The notes beneath the pieces were generated by a model. That model did no database searches and was not told the origin of the DNA. It saw nothing but the letters and a program-made list of their open reading frames with translations. From contig JAGGXF010000014.1 of NCBI GenBank assembly GCA_021163205.1, positions 1 through 62,090 on the forward strand: 62,090 nucleotides of DNA. The letters are read 5' to 3'. The stretch is from Candidatus Aenigmatarchaeota archaeon (lineage in GTDB: Archaea; Aenigmatarchaeota; Aenigmatarchaeia; GW2011-AR5; JAGGXF01). This document shows positions 55,762 through 62,090 of the stretch, piece by piece. The position numbers were made by a program, and so were the translations under genes. Numbering within the stretch: the first letter of the stretch is position 1; each line of letters starts with the position of its first letter.

Positions 55762-56574
55762 TTAAAGTTCTTCAACCTTTCTTCCAATAAGATCATGTGT
55801 GTTCAGAGCTATATATTTATTTTTGTCTCTCAGTATCATAATATTACCTTTGATTGCAATGACTTTGCCATGTATTTGCTTTCCTTCAAGATTTTTCAGC
55901 AAGACCGGAACTTCTCTGACCTTATCGAGCTTATAATACCTTCTAAGGTCGTATATTTCTGGGGATATAACATATCCCAAAGCCTTTAATTTCTCTACAC
56001 AGCGTATAATCTTTTTCAGAGATTTGTTTGGGTCTCCAAAAAGATGTTCAAATTTTTCTGATCCATTGACCCTGTCAACAATACCGAGTTTCTTTGAGAC
56101 CTCTTGTTCTATTTTTCTCGCCTTTTTCCCGTCTTTTATTTTCATCAGTTTTACTCCAAAATCTGCTCCCTGTTCCACAAGCCTTGTTTTCAGTCGAAAT
56201 GTTCTAGAAATGCCAACCTTAAGTAGAGAATTGAAAGAGACTAGGTAAAGGAAGAACTCATCAGACATACACTGTCGCCTAGCATTCGTGTTCAAACAAA
56301 CCGATCCATCACACTTGACACACCTGAAATATTCATCAAGTTGCATGCATATCTGACATTTAGAACCCCGTGATATTTCTGAATTTTTCGGACACGGTCT
56401 ATAACCATTTTTCCAATAACCCGTGCAATACTTTTTCCCTATTTTCCATGATAGCTCCGTGTTGTCAAAAAGCTTTATTGTTTTTATATCTTTAGTATTG
56501 CCATTTATTCTGACTTGCAGAAACGGTTCCATATTCTCCCAAAAAATTCTGAAGACCTGCCCAGAACCAATCAT
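55762..56574 (-). CDS. Cys-cluster protein resembling DUF2797 (zinc ribbon plus a conserved core, possibly GIY-YIG-like)
   Basis: CTGYW...CPKNSEISRGSKCQICMQLDEYFRCVKCDGSVC, followed by FFLYLVSFNSLLKVGISRTFRLKTRLVEQGADF...ARKIEQEV. The family assignment is from memory of the DUF2797 pattern. Confidence 0.65.
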   Translation of the reverse strand: MIGSGQVFRIFWENMEPFLQVRINGNTKDIKTIKLFDNTELSWKIGKKYCTGYWKNGYRPCPKNSEISRGSKCQICMQLDEYFRCVKCDGSVCLNTNARRQCMSDEFFLYLVSFNSLLKVGISRTFRLKTRLVEQGADFGVKLMKIKDGKKARKIEQEVSKKLGIVDRVNGSEKFEHLFGDPNKSLKKIIRCVEKLKALGYVISPEIYDLRRYYKLDKVREVPVLLKNLEGKQIHGKVIAIKGNIMILRDKNKYIALNTHDLIGRKVEEL

Positions 56575-56664
56575 AAAGATATATTTTATTTGATACTATA
56601 CTTAAAGTTTTTACAAAATCAATAAAAGATAGTTTTAAAAACATTCTTGGCTTTAAAAGAAAAT

Positions 56665-56796
56665 ATGAAAGAAATTGTTATCTCTTGTCCCCGTTGCAAA
56701 GCCATCAACAAAATAGAGATGAGGCTTCTATATGATGGTGGGGAACATTTCTTCGAGTGTCATAACTGTGGCGAGCCACTTCTTGACCTCGAGTGA
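56665..56796 (+). CDS. 43-aa zinc-ribbon mini-protein (not in the ORF track)
   Basis: MKEIVISCPRCKAINKIEMRLLYDGGEHFFECHNCGEPLLDLE. It has CPxC...CxxC spacing, an AT-rich promoter-like region upstream, and a stop TGA at 56794-56796. Confidence 0.55.
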   Translation: MKEIVISCPRCKAINKIEMRLLYDGGEHFFECHNCGEPLLDLE

Positions 56797-56844
56797 ATAA
56801 TTAGACAATCGTTTGGATTAGCCAAACAAAACTAAAAGCCTGAC

Positions 56845-59800
56845 CTATATCTGATAATCAATGTCTATATCTTTGCTTTCTATACGTTCCCTTATTTTTG
56901 TTATCTCTTGTTGCATCTGATCCAAGACTTCGGCCATAATTTTTTCCAATTCGGTACCGCGTCCGACAAAACTTTCCTCTATGGTTCCGTTGTACATTCT
57001 TGTCCATAATTTACCTTTTGGGCATACCAATACCGTTTGTTGTTCACTACTGTTTTCAAATATGTCTATCATAGCATCGTCAACGACGAATATTCTTTGC
57101 ACAGATTTAGGAGATTTTTTTATTTTTAGATACTCTATATTGTTCCAATACTCAAAAACAGAAGAAGCATCTTTTATAACATATCTGACGGTTTCAAACG
57201 GATTTTTCAGTTCTTCTCCCAACAAACCTGGGCCATACATCTTTTTATATTCCATTGGTAATTTTTGCTTTGACCGGTGCTCCTTTTCTTCTACGGTGAA
57301 AACAATGCTTCTCGGCCCGGCCCTCTCACCGTTATCTGTCTTAATACCTACGGATACTTTCCATGTCCCCTCTGTCATGTTTTTTCTTATCATCTCTTTA
57401 TGTATGCCGCTTACCTGAATTGTTTTGTTTATGTATTCGACTGTTTCATTCGTTTCCAATCTTAATGTTAAGTTGACTGTCTGGTTTCTGTTGGATTTGA
57501 TATTAACGATAAATTCCTTTTCTGTTCGTGATATATTAGTTATGTTAAAGCTAAGTATATCAATAGGTGCATGGTAAGAAACAGAAACATTAATATCATC
57601 TATTATTGTTGCCTGACTCCCGTTGTATTGTATAGCAGCTACTGTTATTAATAAAACCTGTCTGCCATCTATCAACTGCTTTGTGTCATTCCAGATTGTC
57701 TGATTTGGGTAAACACCAGTGAAATTTTCTTTCTGATAGTATTTGTCTGGTTCTAATATCTGTGGAGTTGCGTTAACTGCGTGACTGATAATGTTCCATG
57801 ATACGTCATCTATAGTGGTATTGGTTGGCAATATAATACGCTTGTGATAGAGGGGAATGATTGGTTTATTGTACTCTAGTATGTAATCATCAGCGTTGTT
57901 CACAACTATCGTGTTGTTTTCTATGGTATAGTTTGTTTTTGTCTTAATCTGTGTTGCACCTCCTGGTGAAATAATCCAATTACTCTCTACATAACCAGGC
58001 GCTTCCAGTGATAGTGCTGGATCACCGTAGAGTATTCTTGTGTAATGTTCTTTGAGCGCATTTTTCATCCCACCCTCAACAGCAGAAAAGGTTATCCTGT
58101 TCTGAACCTCTTCATGCCTTTCTCCGAATATTAAAATATCATGCATCTCCTCGACGGCTTTGCCAATAGATTTCTTAGAGACAATTTGTTGAATAAAGGG
58201 AGCCAAAGTTAGAGCTGAGTTGACCTGGTGTATTATTCCGGTCTCGCCAACCAGAACCAGATTAGTTTTTTTCAGAAACTTGCTGGAGCTGTGTGCGCTC
58301 ATTGTATGTTCCAAAAACAGAATTTTTGGCTCATGAAAATCTAAATCATTGTGATATATGGTTTGATCAGACTCTGGATATGGATCTGATATAGTGCTCG
58401 CCCCGTCTGGATGAATGAGTAACTTATCGGTATCGCCGACGCCAAAATAGAAGAAGATGTTATAATCATGTGCGGTTCCGTGCCGATTAAGATATTCTAA
58501 AAGGTCTTCTTTTGTAAGTTTATCCAACTGGCCTATTCTAAGCATCTCAAAAAATTTTTCCCAGTCTGTTTCAACCAAAGCATATTTTGCTGTCAAAGCC
58601 CAGTTTATGTGTTTTTGCACGCTGAGTATTTTTAATAATTGTTGAACAAACAGATGTTCTAACTCTTTCCAAGTCCACGCTTCATCTATTGCTTTGTCCT
58701 TATTTACAGTCATAAAGTCAGTGAGTCGTTGTTCTGTAAGTCTTTTGACTTTGAATCCGAAAAGCCTTAACGACCAATCAGTTATCAGACCCTCGTCCAT
58801 GCCATTAGGCAATAAATCTAAATAAGAAGGAGACCTGTATTCTGCTGCTATCAAAACATTCTTCTTGTCTTTGACTTCTTTTCTGTTCCATATCCTTATA
58901 TTAGCTATCTGTATTGAATTGAAAAACCTCCCGACAGCCAAGTCCTGGTAACCATCTCCGTCACTATCTCCATAAAAAACATCCGTCTCTATATAGTCTC
59001 CATCTTTGTCATTAAAATACTCATCAGCTGGGTCTTCTACTAGTCCGAGTGGAACCCCAATAATTCCTAAAAACATTGTGTTATCAAATAAATAATCATC
59101 ACTCAACAGGTCTCTGCTCTGTAAGATGTCTATCGTCTCTTTTATTCTCTTTCTTGTTTCGTTAACAGTCTTTTCGTTGCTCCATCCTGGATTTATATCT
59201 ACAATCACAGGAAATGCTCCTCTAAGTCTGACGAGCTGTGGGAGAAGTGCTGATCTGTTGTCTCGAACATTGACAAGAGCAAGATAGTTTATTTTTTGTC
59301 TGGTAGAGCGCAACAACGAAAAATAATATTGCATGAGTTCTTCTTCTGTATCATAGACGTCCACCGACCCGTTGACCGTGCTAGAGCAGTCGAATGTACA
59401 GAACCATGCGTCTGGCGTGGGCTCTCTCGTAAGTCGCATATTCATCAGAGTTGCTATTACTCCCGCCCATAAAGACTTAGTTCTGTTATCATCAATGACT
59501 ATGACACCAGAGCCGGGCCATTGCTCTTTTATAAACTCTCTTTTGATGCCATATCCACCAAGGCGCACGTCGCTTGTTGAGAAAATCTCATTTGGGTCAT
59601 AATTATCAACAAAATATTGTATCTGGTCAAAATCATCCACGCCATATATCAAAACAGGATATTCTAAGATAGATGAAAAAAGAATATCGTCAAAATTATT
59701 ATCTGTTATCATCATAAGATGTTCTCTGTGTCTCGTCTTTGTATAGAAGTGGCCAATACCGGAACCGAGAATGCCGTCGTAGTTAACCGTAACAGAAATA

Positions 59801-60759
59801 GATAGATTCCCTACAAGTTTTGGTTTTTCTATTACCCATGCATATCTTCCTCCACCGTAATCAGCCCAATAGATGTCTCCGGTAGGTGCTTCTCCTTCAA
59901 CAAATATTGAGCTATTGGTATTATCCAAATCAATAACTGGCTGGCCATCTAAACTAACAGTAAAATTAATTCTCAGCCCGTTCGCTAGCGGGCTTGTTGT
60001 TTCTCCAATATCAGTTATATTAACACGCAGCCTGTTTATCGACGCCTGCCTTAAAAGGTACGACAGCGACGCGTTGATGATTTGCTTCATTGTCGGCGTC
60101 GGATGATAAATAGGAGACAGGCGGACACTAAAAAATGCTATCGCATTTTGATACGAAACAAGTGATGGAATGTTAATATAATTATTAATGTGCCCATTGT
60201 ATTCTTGATAGTAATGGCCTAAAATTGTACCAGATATGTTTCTGGTCTGATATCTATTTTGATCGTCTTGACCCGGGTATTGAACCCACAACAAAGCGCG
60301 CTGTCCTGGAGTAAAACTTTTTGTAATTTCACTGCTTTTTTCGATAACAATAGAAAGTTCATCATAAAAAATTGGATTCCAGTGATCTGACCTCTTTATC
60401 GCTCTTACATTTTCTATACCAAGACTTGTTGTCATAGCTATAGCATTATGTGTTAGAAAAATTTTACCGCCATATCGCATAAAGCTCCTAATCTTTTCCA
60501 GATTTTCCGGGTTTTCTAATCTATTAACAAGAAACTGTGGATTATTTCTCTCAGCCGAATGTATCCACAAAACCTTTGCAGATAAGTTGTCTAATGACGA
60601 TTGAACATTATAATCGAAACCAAAAGATTCCAGGAGGTTTACTGCGTTTTGTTCTTCTGTTGTTAGAGAGTTATTATTGTTCACTATAAGTGTTATGTCG
60701 GCCGAGAAAGAGATTTTAACCACAAGAAGAAATATAACAAAGTAGAATAGTTTCTTCAT
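56845..60759 (-). CDS. 1304-aa secreted/surface protein with a peptidase-C25 (gingipain)-like domain and a sequon-rich C-terminal region
   Basis: Signal peptide MKKLFYFVIFLLVVKISFSA. C25-like landmarks are INYLALVN..., LGIIGVPLGLV, TDVFYGDSDGDGYQDLAVGRF, NRHGTAH and ILYGDPALSL. No C-terminal TM segment. Confidence 0.85.
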   Translation of the reverse strand: MKKLFYFVIFLLVVKISFSADITLIVNNNNSLTTEEQNAVNLLESFGFDYNVQSSLDNLSAKVLWIHSAERNNPQFLVNRLENPENLEKIRSFMRYGGKIFLTHNAIAMTTSLGIENVRAIKRSDHWNPIFYDELSIVIEKSSEITKSFTPGQRALLWVQYPGQDDQNRYQTRNISGTILGHYYQEYNGHINNYINIPSLVSYQNAIAFFSVRLSPIYHPTPTMKQIINASLSYLLRQASINRLRVNITDIGETTSPLANGLRINFTVSLDGQPVIDLDNTNSSIFVEGEAPTGDIYWADYGGGRYAWVIEKPKLVGNLSISVTVNYDGILGSGIGHFYTKTRHREHLMMITDNNFDDILFSSILEYPVLIYGVDDFDQIQYFVDNYDPNEIFSTSDVRLGGYGIKREFIKEQWPGSGVIVIDDNRTKSLWAGVIATLMNMRLTREPTPDAWFCTFDCSSTVNGSVDVYDTEEELMQYYFSLLRSTRQKINYLALVNVRDNRSALLPQLVRLRGAFPVIVDINPGWSNEKTVNETRKRIKETIDILQSRDLLSDDYLFDNTMFLGIIGVPLGLVEDPADEYFNDKDGDYIETDVFYGDSDGDGYQDLAVGRFFNSIQIANIRIWNRKEVKDKKNVLIAAEYRSPSYLDLLPNGMDEGLITDWSLRLFGFKVKRLTEQRLTDFMTVNKDKAIDEAWTWKELEHLFVQQLLKILSVQKHINWALTAKYALVETDWEKFFEMLRIGQLDKLTKEDLLEYLNRHGTAHDYNIFFYFGVGDTDKLLIHPDGASTISDPYPESDQTIYHNDLDFHEPKILFLEHTMSAHSSSKFLKKTNLVLVGETGIIHQVNSALTLAPFIQQIVSKKSIGKAVEEMHDILIFGERHEEVQNRITFSAVEGGMKNALKEHYTRILYGDPALSLEAPGYVESNWIISPGGATQIKTKTNYTIENNTIVVNNADDYILEYNKPIIPLYHKRIILPTNTTIDDVSWNIISHAVNATPQILEPDKYYQKENFTGVYPNQTIWNDTKQLIDGRQVLLITVAAIQYNGSQATIIDDINVSVSYHAPIDILSFNITNISRTEKEFIVNIKSNRNQTVNLTLRLETNETVEYINKTIQVSGIHKEMIRKNMTEGTWKVSVGIKTDNGERAGPRSIVFTVEEKEHRSKQKLPMEYKKMYGPGLLGEELKNPFETVRYVIKDASSVFEYWNNIEYLKIKKSPKSVQRIFVVDDAMIDIFENSSEQQTVLVCPKGKLWTRMYNGTIEESFVGRGTELEKIMAEVLDQMQQEITKIRERIESKDIDIDYQI

Positions 60760-60811
60760 CTTTTTAATTTATTTCAAAAGAAATAAAAACTTGTCTAGTT
60801 ATTCATAATCT

Positions 60812-61801
60812 ATGAAAAAATCTGAACTACCTTTTGTTTCTGTTGTAATTCCAGTGAGAAATGAAGAAAAACATATTCGAGAAAGCTTAATGAGTATAAT
60901 AAATCAAAACTACCCAAAAGATAGGTATGAAATCGTAATAGCAGACGGTATGTCTGAAGATAAAACTATTGATATTATAAAAGAAATTAGAAATAAGTAT
61001 AAAAGACCGAAAATAAAAATTTATGAAAATAAAAAAATAACAACCGCCGCCGGATTTAATTTGTGTGTTAAAAAATCCTGCTCAGAATATATAATTAGAT
61101 TTATGGGTCATGCTATTGCTAAAAAAAACTTATTAAAAGAAACGATAAAAAAACTCATAAAAGAGCCTGAAAGCACCATAATGGTTTCTTGTGTTAACCG
61201 TGTAGCAAATAAAAAAGGGTTAGGAAGATTGTTTGGGCTTGCTATGGGAAGTTTTCTAGGAGGATTATCGAGTTGTTATCGGACTAAAAAAATATATATT
61301 TATGACTACTCGGGTGGTTTTGGAGCTATAAGAAAGCGCCTACTTAAAAAAATTGGTTTAATAGATGAAAAAATTAAATGCGGTGATGATGCTTACTTCA
61401 ATCTGAAATCAAAAATGAAAAACTATAATATTTTAATCTCTCCTAATACAGAAGTTAAAATTTTCAAGAGGAATTCAGTCAGAAAATTCATAAAACAAAT
61501 ATTTGAATTTGGAGAAGCTAGAATGAAACTGATCAAAAAATTCCCAAAATCATTTAAAATACTTTATTTATTACCACCAATCTTCTCTCTTTATGTATCT
61601 AGTATGCCACTAGCATTTATATATAAACTAAATTGGTATCTATGGCCATTCTTTCTCTATATGATATTAGACTTAATTTCATCAATAGAAGTTTCAGAAG
61701 AAGTCACAGACATTGTCCCTGTGATGTTTTTCACTTTTTTACTACACATTTCGTATGGAGCCGGAATGATATATGGATTTTTTAAAAAACCAGAGTTTTA
61801 G
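60812..61801 (+). CDS. Family-2 glycosyltransferase with C-terminal membrane helices
   Basis: Motifs FVSVVIPVRNEEKHI and IADGMSEDKT, a DxD-like CGDDAYF, and a hydrophobic C-terminus. Confidence 0.85.
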   Translation: MKKSELPFVSVVIPVRNEEKHIRESLMSIINQNYPKDRYEIVIADGMSEDKTIDIIKEIRNKYKRPKIKIYENKKITTAAGFNLCVKKSCSEYIIRFMGHAIAKKNLLKETIKKLIKEPESTIMVSCVNRVANKKGLGRLFGLAMGSFLGGLSSCYRTKKIYIYDYSGGFGAIRKRLLKKIGLIDEKIKCGDDAYFNLKSKMKNYNILISPNTEVKIFKRNSVRKFIKQIFEFGEARMKLIKKFPKSFKILYLLPPIFSLYVSSMPLAFIYKLNWYLWPFFLYMILDLISSIEVSEEVTDIVPVMFFTFLLHISYGAGMIYGFFKKPEF

Positions 61802-61854
61802 TAAAAAAAGAATAGACCTAAAATTGATCTGATTTCCTTTTCATCAATGAATGT

Positions 61855-62088
61855 TCAGTCCCAATGTCGTATAATCTTAGTTTCCCATTTCGGATCTATT
61901 TGTAGTAAAGGTTCATTCAAAGCTTGCTTGACAGCTAAGTATGGTAAATTAATACCAGCAGCAAAACATAAAATTATTCTGACTTCAAACCCCGGACTTA
62001 TTTCTATTATTTTAGGTATTCCTATTTCATCTTCTTTGAGTTGTACACCAATTTTATATCTTAATCCAATAACATTAACAATAGAGTA
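61855..62088 (-). CDS. 3' end of an ATP-grasp-like enzyme gene (5' end outside the window)
   Basis: The minus-strand frame is open from the window edge to the stop (TCA on plus, 61855-61857). The translation ...PKIIEISPGFEVRIILCFAAGINLPYLAVKQALNEPL... resembles the EINPR...AGVN.P C-terminal ATP-grasp pattern. Its K/E/I-rich composition matches real genes here. Confidence 0.5.
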   Translation of the reverse strand, partial: YSIVNVIGLRYKIGVQLKEDEIGIPKIIEISPGFEVRIILCFAAGINLPYLAVKQALNEPLLQIDPKWETKIIRHWD

Positions 62089-62090
62089 AC

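Noticed and set aside
56811-56827. Hairpin GTTTGG-ATTAG-CCAAAC between the convergent zinc-ribbon ORF and the 1304-aa gene, considered as a bidirectional terminator.
   Set aside because: The stem is only 6 bp with no adjacent T-run, which is too weak to call.
61847-62089. 80-aa plus-strand ORF at the window end.
   Set aside because: Its composition (S/L/C/I-rich) matches the antisense artefacts. The opposite strand is open to the window edge and reads as a K/E/I-rich ATP-grasp-like C-terminus, so I preferred the minus-strand call.
1-62090. Scan for rRNA, tRNA, CRISPR arrays, transposases/IS ends, and toxin-antitoxin or known defence genes.
   Set aside because: No GC-rich cloverleaf-like segment with a T-loop (GTTCRAAT) was seen in any intergenic region. 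There are no regularly spaced direct repeats and no recombinase, transposase or nuclease-helicase defence signatures. The only GC-rich noncoding DNA is the repeat family at 0.2-1.7 kb.

Overview
This is an AT-rich, densely packed archaeal chromosome segment. The archaeal hallmarks are an archaeal-type SAM synthetase, Cdc48/VCP, RadB, an Lhr-type helicase with a metallophosphoesterase partner, type-2 MetAP, split GMP synthase, PurS/L/Q, PyrD-1B/PyrK, a beta-CASP RNase, RtcA and an archaeal TyrRS. I call about 60 protein genes. Many have stop/start overlaps (ATGA, TAATG). GGTG/GAGGTG-like ribosome-binding motifs precede internal genes, and TATA-like boxes sit about 22-25 nt before first genes. 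The core (12.9-45.1 kb) is a 33-gene nucleotide-biosynthesis supercluster made of four blocks. (1) guaB-pyrG-purS-purL-purQ-purF-purD-MTHFS-glyA-yggS-folD-purH(two ORFs)-purN-folC-MFS-purE-purC-purB-purM-guaA(two ORFs). (2) rpiB-hps-phi, a ribulose-monophosphate pentose module. (3) pyrD-pyrK-pyrC-pyrE-pyrF. (4) argF-pyrB-pyrI. The flanks carry information-processing and proteostasis genes: metK, an HTH-CBS regulator, Lhr, map, cdc48, radB, topA, serS, tyrS, beta-CASP/rtcA and hsp20. The two ends look accessory. The left end has small membrane-protein genes separated by GC-rich repeated spacers. The right end has a DUF2797-like protein, a 43-aa zinc ribbon, a 1304-aa secreted protein, a GT2 and an ATP-grasp fragment. 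I found no rRNA, tRNA, CRISPR array, transposase, integrase or recognisable defence system. I do not see a convincing novel multi-gene system; most of the window is ordinary housekeeping. The items most worth a second look are: (i) the giant secreted protein with a gingipain (C25)-like domain whose catalytic Cys position is not Cys, plus a dense N-glycosylation-sequon segment; (ii) a hexulose-phosphate synthase with an internal partial duplication; (iii) the GC-rich repeated spacer modules at 0.2-1.7 kb; (iv) a catalytically dead paralog of the GMP-synthase glutaminase subunit; (v) an HTH-CBS regulator divergent from metK with a repeated ATATGCA operator-like motif. All family assignments come from motifs read by eye in the supplied translations. 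No database search was run.
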